Origin: a virus
Taxonomy: Duplodnaviria > Caudoviricetes
Reading direction: 5' to 3' (one strand)
Length of the DNA stretch: 61,117 nucleotides
Virus record (IMG/VR): IMGVR_UViG_3300044878_000080
Location: 1 to 61,117 of that record
In this document: positions 1 through 8,199 of the stretch, in pieces
Numbering within the stretch: position 1 is the stretch's first letter
Layout of the letters: each line of letters opens with the position of its first letter
The notes under the pieces: generated by a model
Told to the model about the DNA's origin: nothing
Database searches by the model: none
What the model saw: only the letters and a program-made list of their open reading frames with translations
Translations under genes and position numbers: made by a program

Positions 1-127
1 ATAACCTTCTCGCCCATGTCGGTCAGGATGGTCTCTCGCGCTACCTTGCCCACCTTGTGCTTGTTGAAAGCAGTCTCAAGGGAGTCCATGAGCGTCTGGT
101 GCGTGGCGGTGATGATGCCAATGACCT
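1..127. repeat. 127-bp exact direct repeat of 60991-61117 (circular assembly overlap)
   Basis: First 127 nt are identical to the last 127 nt, and a reading frame runs through the junction; 127 is a common de Bruijn k-mer length. Confidence 0.95.
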
Positions 128-476
128 GTTCGGCCAGCAGGCGGTTGAGCTTATCGGCCTCTCGCTCTGCCTCTTCCTTGCGGGACAGGTTCAACGACTG
201 AAGGGCCTCAATGCGATCCAGCAGCTTGAGCATCACCTCAAAGTCGGAAATCTCTTCGTAGTTCTCAAGGGCGGCTTCCACCTTGACCATGAGGTTTTCG
301 AGTCGTAGGAGGTGGAGCAGCCAGCGCTCTTCCTTGCTCTCCACCACAAACGCTGAGACGTAGCTGCGCCATTCGGCTACAGCGTCCTCAACCGGGATGC
401 CGATTTCGGTTGCGACAGATTCAAGGCTGTGGCCCTTGACACGCAGATCAATGACCTGCTTCGTCAGGGCAGACAT
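1..476 (-). CDS. Putative terminase small subunit, 5' part (172 aa in total; continues across the circular junction to the stop at 60948)
   Basis: Not in ORF track. ATG at 476; MSALTKQVIDLRVKGHSLESVATEIGIPVEDAVAEW... has an N-terminal HTH-like segment and a helical body, and lies three genes upstream of terL. Confidence 0.6.
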   Translation of the reverse strand, partial: MSALTKQVIDLRVKGHSLESVATEIGIPVEDAVAEWRSYVSAFVVESKEERWLLHLLRLENLMVKVEAALENYEEISDFEVMLKLLDRIEALQSLNLSRKEEAEREADKLNRLLAEQVIGIITATHQTLMDSLETAFNKHKVGKVARETILTDMGEKV

Positions 477-557
477 TGTATTGTGTATCTCAGTCATTTC
501 GGGGTGATTTCCGTTTCTCAGCCGTTTCTGGTATAGAACCGAGACTATCACAGACGC

Positions 558-585
558 AAAAAGACCCCCTCCGAAGAGGGGGTCT
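558..585 (-). terminator. Intrinsic terminator after the tRNA cluster
   Basis: AGACCCCCTC-TTCG-GAGGGGGTCT followed by a T-run on the minus strand. Confidence 0.8.
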
Positions 586-663
586 AGTGCGTGTTTACCG
601 GCCACTCGCCAAGAGCCATCGGCCCCAAGAGTATCTAAATCTTGGGCGCTCATGCTGCTCTTG

Positions 664-736
664 CTGGGAATACAGGACTCGAACCTGTGACCGAGGCATT
701 AACAGTGCCTTGCTCTGCCAACTGAGCTAACTCCCA
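664..736 (-). tRNA. tRNA-Asn(GTT)
   Basis: Cloverleaf: TGGGAGT/ATTCCCA acceptor, GCTC/GAGC D stem, AGGCA-CTGTTAA-TGCCT anticodon arm, ACAGG-TTCGAGT-CCTGT T arm; CCA not encoded. Confidence 0.95.
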
Positions 737-814
737 ATGTGGCGGTTTCAAGGCAACCGCCAAGCCCCGAGTGATCCGTACACCGCCGTTTGCGAAGCAG
801 CCGTCACACTCTCG

Positions 815-887
815 TGCTCCCTGTAGGACTTGAACCTACGTCCCCGCATTAAGAGTGCGGTGCTAAAACCATCTCAGCTAAGGAAGC
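815..887 (-). tRNA. tRNA-Lys(CTT)
   Basis: GCTTCCT/AGGGAGC acceptor, CCGCA-CTCTTAA-TGCGG anticodon arm, GTAGG-TTCAAGT-CCTAC T arm; CCA not encoded. Confidence 0.93.
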
Positions 888-958
888 GAAATGCCGCACT
901 TTTGAGCTTTTTCCGTAGAAATTACTCGGTCTCTTCGGTGTGCGGCGAACCGTTGAAA

Positions 959-1303
959 CTATCCTACCAGACTCAGCTTAGTCTGGTTGAAACGCCTGAC
1001 CTGACTCGCGTGTTCGCTGATCTGCTTGGGAGTCCAAGCACGTCCGGGGTGGTGCTTCTGGACAGTCTTGGCACACACGCCGAACATCTGAGCAATGTGC
1101 TTGTAGGCCATGCCCTCATCCAGACACCTGCCCCATTCGGCTATCGTCTCGGGGCTGTGTTCGCTGGCTGGGTGAGCTGTAACCCAGTCTCCGATTGTGG
1201 AGCGGGCTACGCCATACTTTCGGGCAATCGCGCTGTTGCTCATGCCAGCTTCAGAGTCAGCCCGCCAGCGGGCCTTATCTTCCCGTGAGTAAATCTTAGG
1301 CAC
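959..1303 (-). CDS. Tandem helix-turn-helix DNA-binding protein
   Basis: GMSNSAIARKYGVARSTIGDW and GMAYKHIAQMFGVCAKTVQKH HTH signatures. Confidence 0.8.
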   Translation of the reverse strand: MPKIYSREDKARWRADSEAGMSNSAIARKYGVARSTIGDWVTAHPASEHSPETIAEWGRCLDEGMAYKHIAQMFGVCAKTVQKHHPGRAWTPKQISEHASQVRRFNQTKLSLVG

Positions 1304-1598
1304 GGACCCAGCCCCGGAGCTTGCCTAGCTCATTGAGCATGGCGTAGACGCCGTTCTCACAGTGCTGTTCGACGCTGAGCTGAATGTAGCAGTTGTTCAG
1401 CTCATCCCACTCTTCGTAGGGCTCCCAGTCGTCTGGGAGTGCGTGGAAGGCGATTTCAAAGGGGTCAAGACCCTCAAAGCTGACGTGGGCCAGCGTCTCG
1501 CCGCCGTAGCGAACGTCCATGCCCCCGGCGTCAAGCACAAGGGTGTCTGCGTAGGGTGCTTCTGCGTCGTGCTCTTGGTGCAGGTTGTTGATCTTCAC
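1296..1598 (-). CDS. Hypothetical acidic protein
   Basis: Overlaps neighbouring genes in an operon-like run. Confidence 0.7.
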   Translation of the reverse strand: MKINNLHQEHDAEAPYADTLVLDAGGMDVRYGGETLAHVSFEGLDPFEIAFHALPDDWEPYEEWDELNNCYIQLSVEQHCENGVYAMLNELGKLRGWVRA

Positions 1599-2020
1599 TT
1601 GGCAACACCCTCAAAAACAACCTTGAAGTCAGTGACCTGATCGCTTTCGTTGGCCAGCCGAGTCATAGCCTCGGGAGACTTGGTATCCTGCCAGTCACCC
1701 ATACGGTTGTACGCCTTCCACCCGCCTTGGGGGGTCAGAACCGCGAACCGCTCCGCGCCGTTACGGCTGTAGGTCACCTGTGCGAACGTGTTGGTGGGGA
1801 TTTCGATCTTCGGCTTGGGCCGGTCCAGCAGCTCAATCACGTCAGCGAGGTCAGTGAAGAGCGCGTAACCATCGGCTGTACGCCAGCGGGGCTTGCCGCA
1901 GTGCGAGGTATCGAAATGGTTGGCTACGCCCTCGTAGGATGCGGTGCGGGTGCCGTTCGTGAAGGTGGCCTTGATCTTGTCGCCTTCAAGGACGTCTGCT
2001 GCGGTAATGATGGTGTTCAC
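1595..2020 (-). CDS. Hypothetical protein
   Basis: RBS AGGAGAG, GTG start, upstream promoter. Confidence 0.75.
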   Translation of the reverse strand: MNTIITAADVLEGDKIKATFTNGTRTASYEGVANHFDTSHCGKPRWRTADGYALFTDLADVIELLDRPKPKIEIPTNTFAQVTYSRNGAERFAVLTPQGGWKAYNRMGDWQDTKSPEAMTRLANESDQVTDFKVVFEGVAK

Positions 2021-2059
2021 TTGCTCTCCTGTTTTCGTGCGGTTGGTTCGTATGGATCA

Positions 2060-2089
2060 AACATAGGGGCTAGGTAGCAAGTCTGTCAA
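2060..2089 (-). promoter_or_regulatory. SigA-type promoter
   Basis: TTGACA-N18-TATGTT on the minus strand. Confidence 0.6.
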
Positions 2090-2100
2090 CACACGGCACG

Positions 2101-2132
2101 AAAAAGCCCCTCCCGCTTGTTGCGAGAGGGGC
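2101..2132 (-). terminator. Intrinsic terminator of the DGQHR gene
   Basis: GCCCCTC...GAGGGGC hairpin plus TTTTT on the minus strand. Confidence 0.7.
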
Positions 2133-2145
2133 CAGTTCGGCCTTG

Positions 2146-3513
2146 CTAACTGTCAGGCTCTACCGGGTCTCCCGGTGCCTTGTCGAGGTAGACCAGTGAA
2201 TACAGCATCTGGTACAGGCCCGCAGACCCCGCGTGACCCGCCGAGGTGCTTACCCAGACATTATCCGGGCGCTTCTCCCAGTCAACCTGCCCCAGACGGC
2301 TCACAAGGTCAGCCATAGCCGAGTTGAAATCCTCTTCCGTGTTCCCCTTCTCAAGGGCCGAATTGAGAATATCCTCACCGAGACGGGCCGTGGCGTTCAT
2401 GCCTGCCAAGTCCTTGAGCTTGTACTTGACCGGCTCCATGACGATGAAGCCCTCATCGTCAATGACCTCTCGGGGGTGCTCATCCCAAGCGATAGCACAC
2501 GCCTTGGACACCATTTCCCAGTAGCGCTTTACAACCTTATCCACCCTGAGCTTCCGGTCCTGAAGTCGGCTCACGAGACGGACGTTGAGCATGTCGCCCG
2601 TGGAGCGGCGCAAGCCCTCGTAGGTCACCGGCTTGCCCTTGCCTTCCGGCCCGCCAGTCATGTTGACCAGACCATGCCATACCGAATCGCCGTCCTGTGC
2701 CAGCGAGTAGGCGATTTCCCGCACGAACTGGGCGTGGGACTTCTCCCCGGCTTCCATGTGGACCTTCGTGGCCTCGATGAGCGCCTTGGGCAGCTTGCGC
2801 TGGTTGGTGTTGATTTCGTCAAAGAGGTTGGCCTCTTCGGTGTAGTGCAGGCCGTAGTAGATCATGATCGGCACATCGGCATTGAATCCCTCAAGGTGCT
2901 CCCAAGCCCAGTGCAGGCCACCCATCCGGTGCTGGCCGTCCACGATGCTGAAGACATTCTTGCCGAACTCCTTGTGGATCGCGGCCACGTCGCCCTTGGC
3001 GAAGAGCTGGTTGAACTGCGTCTGGTCCTTGGGGTTGTAGATGCGGGCCGACGCGATAAGTGGGGTGATGAGGTGGCGGTTGTTGTCACGGGCGTAGTAG
3101 CGTCCGATTCCGGGGTACCGGGCCTCAAACGGCTCCCGCTGGTAACCGTTCTTGCGGGGGCTTGTGCTCTGGTCGTCCTTGGCCGAGTAGGTGCTTACGA
3201 AGGCTAATTCCTTCAGCTTGTCCGGGGTCATCGTGGCCATTGCCACCTTGCCGGGGATGAAGTGGGACTGGATCATCACCTTGGAGGTTTTGGTCCCGTT
3301 GTCCTTGACAACCCGCTTGCGGGGTGCCGGTACCGGCGTGGGGACCGTGGGGGTCTCTTCGACGGCGAGGGGAACGCGGCGGGCGCGGCTCCGGTTGTGG
3401 ACGGGTGCGGGCTTCACGGTTTCGGTAACGGTGGCGGTCTTTGCTGCTGCAATCGTGGTGTTCACTGTGTATCTCCTGTAGCTGGTTGTTTGAGTGGCCT
3501 CTTGGTTCCTCAT
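2146..3513 (-). CDS. DGQHR-domain (DndB/DpdB-like, ParB/Srx superfamily) protein
   Basis: GYQR motif, FSIVDGQHRMGGL, EEANLFDEINTNQRKL; start is either leaderless ATG 3513 (TTGACG-N18-TAGCTT-N6-ATG) or GTG 3465 with AGGAG RBS. Confidence 0.85.
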   Translation of the reverse strand: MRNQEATQTTSYRRYTVNTTIAAAKTATVTETVKPAPVHNRSRARRVPLAVEETPTVPTPVPAPRKRVVKDNGTKTSKVMIQSHFIPGKVAMATMTPDKLKELAFVSTYSAKDDQSTSPRKNGYQREPFEARYPGIGRYYARDNNRHLITPLIASARIYNPKDQTQFNQLFAKGDVAAIHKEFGKNVFSIVDGQHRMGGLHWAWEHLEGFNADVPIMIYYGLHYTEEANLFDEINTNQRKLPKALIEATKVHMEAGEKSHAQFVREIAYSLAQDGDSVWHGLVNMTGGPEGKGKPVTYEGLRRSTGDMLNVRLVSRLQDRKLRVDKVVKRYWEMVSKACAIAWDEHPREVIDDEGFIVMEPVKYKLKDLAGMNATARLGEDILNSALEKGNTEEDFNSAMADLVSRLGQVDWEKRPDNVWVSTSAGHAGSAGLYQMLYSLVYLDKAPGDPVEPDS

Positions 3514-3610
3514 GACTCAAAGCTAGGCCCTCAACTCCTACACCGTCAACACTTGACTTGACAAATCGCAAAAGCGAGTACCTAGGAAAAAATACTAAGT
3601 AGTGGTGGGT

Positions 3611-3639
3611 TTGACAGCAAGTACCGCTAGGCGTAGCCT
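3611..3639 (+). promoter_or_regulatory. SigA promoter for a leaderless mRNA
   Basis: TTGACA-N17-TAGCCT, 6 nt before ATG 3646. Confidence 0.75.
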
Positions 3640-3645
3640 CTACGC

Positions 3646-3816
3646 ATGAACAACAGTGAATTGAGTAATGGTGACGCCGTAGAGGTCACTAAGGGCCTCT
3701 GGAAAGGCGTCAAAGGCACCATTGAGGACGTACACAAGGAATCCTCAGTCGTCAGGATCAAGGATGAGCGCGGAGAGACCGCCTACGCCCTGAAAGAGGA
3801 CGTAAAGCGCCGCTAG
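3646..3816 (+). CDS. 56-aa KOW-motif (SH3-like) protein
   Basis: Not in ORF track. MNNSELSNGDAVEVTKGLWKGVKGTIEDVHKE... fits KOW GDxVxVxxGxxKGxxGxI; has its own promoter and terminator. Confidence 0.75.
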   Translation: MNNSELSNGDAVEVTKGLWKGVKGTIEDVHKESSVVRIKDERGETAYALKEDVKRR

Positions 3817-3864
3817 GCGTCTATACAGGTACAAAAGCCGGTTACAGGGGACATAACCGGCTGG

Positions 3865-3899
3865 AAAGGCCCTAATCCCCGTGATTAGGGCCTTTTTTT
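3865..3899 (+). terminator. Intrinsic terminator
   Basis: AAAGGCCCTAATC-loop-GATTAGGGCCTTTTTTT. Confidence 0.8.
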
Positions 3900-3945
3900 G
3901 ACCCCAAAACTACATATTGGTACGTGAGAAAGCCGGAAAAGCACG

Positions 3946-4293
3946 ATGAAGGTCTCGATTTACAGGGTTGAACAACCTCGCGGGGGGTTTGGACCGTATT
4001 CATGGGATTACGCCGACACGCTGGAAGACATGTTCTCCGAGCACAACGGTGGAATCCACACAGCACCCAAGCAGGATGATCTGCTGGGGTACATTGACCC
4101 GGATGAGCATTGCGGGTTTGCCACACTGGAACAGCTCAGGGAGTGGTTCGACGGCTGGGAGGAAGAGCTGGCGTCTCTGGGGTTCATCATTGCTAGGTAC
4201 TCTGTGCCGCTGCCACTGGTGAGGTACGGGAAGACACAGGCCGTGTTCAGGCGGGGTGACCTCTTCCCGGAGGATTCCCAGCCTATCTGGTAA
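3946..4293 (+). CDS. Hypothetical protein
   Basis: GGAAAAG RBS, ATG, ends at a bidirectional terminator. Confidence 0.75.
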   Translation: MKVSIYRVEQPRGGFGPYSWDYADTLEDMFSEHNGGIHTAPKQDDLLGYIDPDEHCGFATLEQLREWFDGWEEELASLGFIIARYSVPLPLVRYGKTQAVFRRGDLFPEDSQPIW

Positions 4294-4300
4294 GGCAAAA

Positions 4301-4336
4301 GGAAAGGCCCCTAGCTTGATTGCTAGGGGCCTTCTC
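4301..4336. terminator. Bidirectional terminator
   Basis: AAGGCCCCTAGC-ttgatt-GCTAGGGGCCTT between convergent genes. Confidence 0.7.
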
Positions 4337-4357
4337 TATGTGTACCGGTCGGTACAG

Positions 4358-4582
4358 TTACTTGTAGTTCCTGAAGCCCTTGGGCAGGACCGGCTTGACC
4401 TCAACCTTGCTGGTCAGGACCGTAAAGGCGTAGATCGGCAGGGCGAGCTGCCAGTACGTCAGACCAAGCTCAGGGAACCACACGGCCACCGCCCACCAGA
4501 CAATCAGTGTGCGGTAGGCGAGCACGTACAGACCGGCAAACAGGCCAGCGAGGAAGGGCATACGCTGCTTGACTACCTCCAC
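4358..4582 (-). CDS. Small membrane protein (possible ATT start at 4669)
   Basis: Hydrophobic segments; frame stays open to an ATT 6 nt after AGGAG. Confidence 0.7.
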   Translation of the reverse strand: MEVVKQRMPFLAGLFAGLYVLAYRTLIVWWAVAVWFPELGLTYWQLALPIYAFTVLTSKVEVKPVLPKGFRNYK

Positions 4583-4664
4583 CCGTTGTACGGTTGCTGT
4601 CTTGCTGACAGTGGTGAAGCTGTTCAGGTTGTCAGCGGCGGTGTTGATTTTCAGGGTTGCAGTG

Positions 4665-5033
4665 CTAATTTGATGCTCCTACTGGGTTGAATTTCCAAGG
4701 TCGAACAAATGCGGGGTCATAAAACCGGGGGCTGCGGCCCCCAGCGGCTCGGGCGTGCATGGACCGGAGTGGCCTTTGGGTCATCACCGCGCGCTGGTGG
4801 CCGGTCAGCTCAAGGCGCTGGATCACGGCTATCTCCCAGTCATCGTAGTAGTACGGCACGTCAAGTGCGCGCCGTCGCTCTTCCACGAAGGGCAGTACCC
4901 ATTCCTTGAACTCTGCCACGTCGATAGCAAGGCAGGTTCGGCACAGAGGGTGCCTGACCGCCCTGTACATGGCGAACTGCTTCAGCGGGAGGTCAAGCCC
5001 GCAGTCAGCGCACTCTTTGGTCTCAAGCCTCAC
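4665..5033 (-). CDS. Zn-ribbon-containing hypothetical protein
   Basis: CADC...CRTC; GTGA overlap with the upstream stop. Confidence 0.65.
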   Translation of the reverse strand: MRLETKECADCGLDLPLKQFAMYRAVRHPLCRTCLAIDVAEFKEWVLPFVEERRRALDVPYYYDDWEIAVIQRLELTGHQRAVMTQRPLRSMHARAAGGRSPRFYDPAFVRPWKFNPVGASN

Positions 5034-5278
5034 GCGGGGGCCTGCCAGTGATCCACGGTGCCGTCGAGGTTCCACGAGTTGTAGCAGCCCTCATGCGAAC
5101 AGAGAATTTCCTCCGGCTCGCCTGCCCTGTAGGAAATCCACAGTGGCATCCCGTGGCAGGGGGTCACGATGTTCCGGGGCCGATCTTCAGGCACAACGGC
5201 CTGCTCTGCGTTGTGTGCGAACGCGCTGCCCAGCAGCTCGTGGTCGTAGCGCTGTCGTTTGGGCTGGCCTGTTGTCAT
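5030..5278 (-). CDS. Hypothetical protein (Cys/His)
   Basis: ATGA overlap in operon. Confidence 0.65.
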   Translation of the reverse strand: MTTGQPKRQRYDHELLGSAFAHNAEQAVVPEDRPRNIVTPCHGMPLWISYRAGEPEEILCSHEGCYNSWNLDGTVDHWQAPA

Positions 5279-5565
5279 GATGCACCGTCGATAAGGGTCA
5301 GCAGGTACTCGCGGTCCCGAATGGACTGGTCATAGGGGTAGCTCGTGAACTCTGCCTTGTCCAGTTCCAGCCGCTCGCGGATTTCCTGAAGCACACGGTC
5401 ACCGACTCCGGGGTTGTCAGCCACCCAGTCAGCCCACTGCATACCCCAGCCTTCCTTGGTCTGGTGGGAGCCGTCGTGCCCTGCGACAAGGCCGCACTCA
5501 AAGAGGTGGCCGAAGGGTCCGGTGTACTGGCTGGTGCAGGTGTTCGTCTTAGTCAAAGTGTTCAT
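5275..5565 (-). CDS. Hypothetical protein with C-x-L-x3-H-x-G-x-H motif (leaderless)
   Basis: TTGCAG-N17-TAGGCT-N7-ATG 5565; ECGLVAGHDGSH. Confidence 0.7.
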   Translation of the reverse strand: MNTLTKTNTCTSQYTGPFGHLFECGLVAGHDGSHQTKEGWGMQWADWVADNPGVGDRVLQEIRERLELDKAEFTSYPYDQSIRDREYLLTLIDGAS

Positions 5566-5631
5566 ACCGCTGAGCCTACCTTCCCTTTCCGTTGCCTGCA
5601 AGCCAATAGGCCATTTTTTCTTCGCGTATTT

Positions 5632-5922
5632 TTACGGGCAAAGTCGCTCTGCTGCCCTTGTAATTCTGATTGCGCCGTGCTTCTTCATCTTCTGGTCTGC
5701 CCAGCGGACAGCCATAGCCAGCTTCCCCGCCTCAACCAGCGACATGCCCGTGTAGTCGGGGTAGTGGTTCTTCACGGTGGCTGTGCCGATGCCGTAGGTC
5801 TTGATGATCTGCCGTATGGGCCAGCCGTCTGCCACGGCTGCGTCCAACAGGGCCTTGCGCTCCGGTGAGAGCTTCCGGCCTCTTGTCACTGCTGGCATTC
5901 TTGTGACTTGTCTCGGAGCCAC
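5632..5922 (-). CDS. HTH DNA-binding protein (paralogous to C-terminal half of 959-1303)
   Basis: GWPIRQIIKTYGIGTATVKNHYP; start may be ATG 5898. Confidence 0.7.
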   Translation of the reverse strand: MAPRQVTRMPAVTRGRKLSPERKALLDAAVADGWPIRQIIKTYGIGTATVKNHYPDYTGMSLVEAGKLAMAVRWADQKMKKHGAIRITRAAERLCP

Positions 5923-6098
5923 TGAGACTCGGGTGGGGCGGTAATGAAGACCTCAAGGTTCTCCGTGCCGATGCCGTAGTCCCTGAACTCTGCCAGCCGT
6001 GCTTCGGCAGATTCTTGGGTGAGGTGGCGCTCGCTGAAGATGGAGCGCGCCACTACGTTGACGATGCGGTATTCAAGTTTGCTCTGTTGGATTGTCAT
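5886..6098 (-). CDS. Hypothetical protein (leaderless)
   Basis: TAGGCT-N7-ATG. Confidence 0.7.
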   Translation of the reverse strand: MTIQQSKLEYRIVNVVARSIFSERHLTQESAEARLAEFRDYGIGTENLEVFITAPPESQWLRDKSQECQQ

Positions 6099-6702
6099 GC
6101 AGATGAGCCTACAGGGTGCAGTACGGAAAATCCACTACTCCAACTATGTATCTCGAAGCGGGGAGCTTATTGACGATGATTCTCATCTTTATTCTGATTT
6201 AGTCAGAACTTCACGCGGAAGTGATAGCAAGCTCTCTATGCATATGCATGTATACCCTCCCCGCCCAGTGAATAAACATGTGAATAAATTCTCAGTACAC
6301 CGCATTACTTTACATGCAAACGAATGTATATGTATGCGCTCCCACACCTCCCACCCTGTGACGGCACAGATGCATGGATATGTCAAGTGCTGCCCAGTCC
6401 TCGAGAATACTTGAATGCTCAACGCTCTAAGGCTCTGTATGCCTCTCTAAGGGCCTCGCATGGCTCTTAGGCACTCTCACCTATCCATGCCCTTGATAGG
6501 GCCTCAGCGTGGCGTGTAGGGCTCATGAGGGTATGCACAGCACACGTACCCACAGACAGGGCAGCTCCATAGGAAGGGCCTGTTATAGGGCTTCCATACA
6601 GCGTATGGGAAAGTAGTTGCAAACGCGGCATAAGGTACCGATTTTTTGTGTTGCCCTCTATCACCCAATTTATTTATTGAAAACAGAATATGTAAGTAAG
6701 GA

Positions 6703-6731
6703 ATAATAATAAATACATATATAAGTTACCT
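6703..6731 (+). repeat. 29-bp AT-rich element, copy 1 (copy 2 at 34942-34970)
   Basis: ATAATAATAAATACATATATAAGTTACCT exact match. Confidence 0.9.
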
Positions 6732-6861
6732 ACGGGAGATGTCGATTATTGGATAGTGATGGTATCTAACCCGCGCTCCTCCCTACTCCCATATGGCCTG
6801 TACCCACATTGTACTGCCCTTTGTACTGCCCTCTCCGATACCCCGATTTACCCTCAAAACA

Positions 6862-6978
6862 GGTAATACATTTCATTATCACGATGTAATACGTTACCTA
6901 TTTTGTGACCATCGTCACACCTCCCAAATTCCCCTCAATTCGGTAATACATTGCATCGACATAATGGAATGCGTTACC
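6862..6978. repeat. Two 37-bp imperfect palindromes (6862-6898, 6942-6978)
   Basis: GGTAATACATTKCAT-N7-ATGKAATRCGTTACC. Confidence 0.8.
6904..6919. promoter_or_regulatory. Perfect CRP/GlxR consensus site
   Basis: TGTGA-CCATCG-TCACA. Confidence 0.6.
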
Positions 6979-7170
6979 TCCCAAGCCCCGTATTCCGACC
7001 TCGCTCCGCAGGGCACGTAGACCCTGTGGAGAGTACCCGCACACAACGTGTGCTCTCAGCGCATAGGGACGCTGTAAGCCTCTGTAAGCGCCTATCAGCA
7101 CAGCTACCCTCTCCCAGTGCCTAAGACGTACCGTTAGAGCCTCACAGAGCCGCCTAGGCCCTTAGAACGC

Positions 7171-7200
7171 AAAAAAGCCCCCTACGTGTGTAGGGGGCTT
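7171..7200 (-). terminator. Terminator closing the low-GC island operon
   Basis: AAGCCCCCTAC-acac-GTAGGGGGCTTTTTT on the minus strand. Confidence 0.8.
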
Positions 7201-7215
7201 GAATGCTTGTTGGGG

Positions 7216-7710
7216 TTACTGGCCGTCGATCCGGTTTACTTTGTCGTTGCAACGATCGCAGATAGGCACGTCACCCAATACCGGGTGGTTACGTGCGCCG
7301 GTTGCATCATTCTCGCAGCGTGCAAACCACTGGCACTGAACGGGGGTTACTTCCTGTTCAGTCATGAACTCGTCGTAATGGTCTCGCATCTGCTCAAAGT
7401 GCCGGATCAATTCACTTTCCAGCGTGTACTGCTTCACAGTGACTAGGCCCTGCTCATTCTCGCTGACCATGAAATGCCCAACGAGTGAGTCGCGCAACTC
7501 TTGAGTAAAGGGGAAACCTTCACTTTCAACTAGCAACTCGATAACAGAATTGAACTCTGTATTTGTTTGGGATACTTCCATTGCATCTAGGGAGATACGC
7601 CAGATATAAACGCCATAGTCTGTGACGTCTCCAAAGCTGTCATTTCCCCAGTCTTGGGTGCACAGGAAGTGGAGAGCTGAATCACGGAATGAATCGAATT
7701 TTCCAAGCAT
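7216..7710 (-). CDS. Hypothetical early protein with C-terminal Cys4 motif
   Basis: AAAGGA RBS; CQWFARC...CDRC. Confidence 0.8.
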   Translation of the reverse strand: MLGKFDSFRDSALHFLCTQDWGNDSFGDVTDYGVYIWRISLDAMEVSQTNTEFNSVIELLVESEGFPFTQELRDSLVGHFMVSENEQGLVTVKQYTLESELIRHFEQMRDHYDEFMTEQEVTPVQCQWFARCENDATGARNHPVLGDVPICDRCNDKVNRIDGQ

Positions 7711-7744
7711 GTTATTTGTCCTTTGTTTTGTGTGGAGAGATTAG

Positions 7745-8155
7745 TTACTGATTTTTGTACGGGCGCATGTGGATAGCCATGCCACTACCGCCGTTTTTGC
7801 CGTAGTAGCGAGTGCCGTTGGGTGCTACAGCTTGCACGTAACTAACGCTTGAGCCATGCCAACCAGTATTGGCAGTACCGATATACGTCACTTTCATCAG
7901 CACAGCACCGGGCCATGTAGTGATCTGCTTACCGTCACTGGACACATAAGCAAACACAGACTCACCGCGCTCCACAGCTTCAATGTCCGGTTTAGATGCA
8001 CAGGCATAGCAAAGGGTCTTACCGTCGTTGTCCCTAGCGGCTCCTGTGAACATGGCTACTCCGGTGCTGTGGAATGCCGTGGGGGCCTCTGGCAAGTGTC
8101 CACAGTCCAGTGGAGTAGTCCAGTAGGGAGAATTGAGAGAGTAAGTGTTGTCCAT
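7745..8155 (-). CDS. Hypothetical early protein
   Basis: AAAGGA RBS; LDCGH...LCYAC. Confidence 0.8.
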   Translation of the reverse strand: MDNTYSLNSPYWTTPLDCGHLPEAPTAFHSTGVAMFTGAARDNDGKTLCYACASKPDIEAVERGESVFAYVSSDGKQITTWPGAVLMKVTYIGTANTGWHGSSVSYVQAVAPNGTRYYGKNGGSGMAIHMRPYKNQ

Positions 8156-8199
8156 GATTTATTTTCCTTTGTTTTGTGTGGAGTGAATCGGGAGAGTAA

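Noticed and set aside
893-945. Purine riboswitch (TTTCTAC on the minus strand)
   Set aside because: P2/P3 stems and kissing loops are not evident, and it precedes tRNAs rather than a metabolic gene
2233-3207. Long antisense ORFs (also 18029-18988, 18832-19956, 45067-46185, 52342-53430, 59108-60193)
   Set aside because: Shadow frames of GC3-rich genes; no RBS or recognisable motifs
6410-6432. HspR HAIR operator
   Set aside because: Right half-site matches poorly (4 of 7)
6019-7101. ORFs listed inside the gene-free blocks (also 10730-10921, 11064-11366)
   Set aside because: No RBS, atypical composition, and they overlap dense repeats
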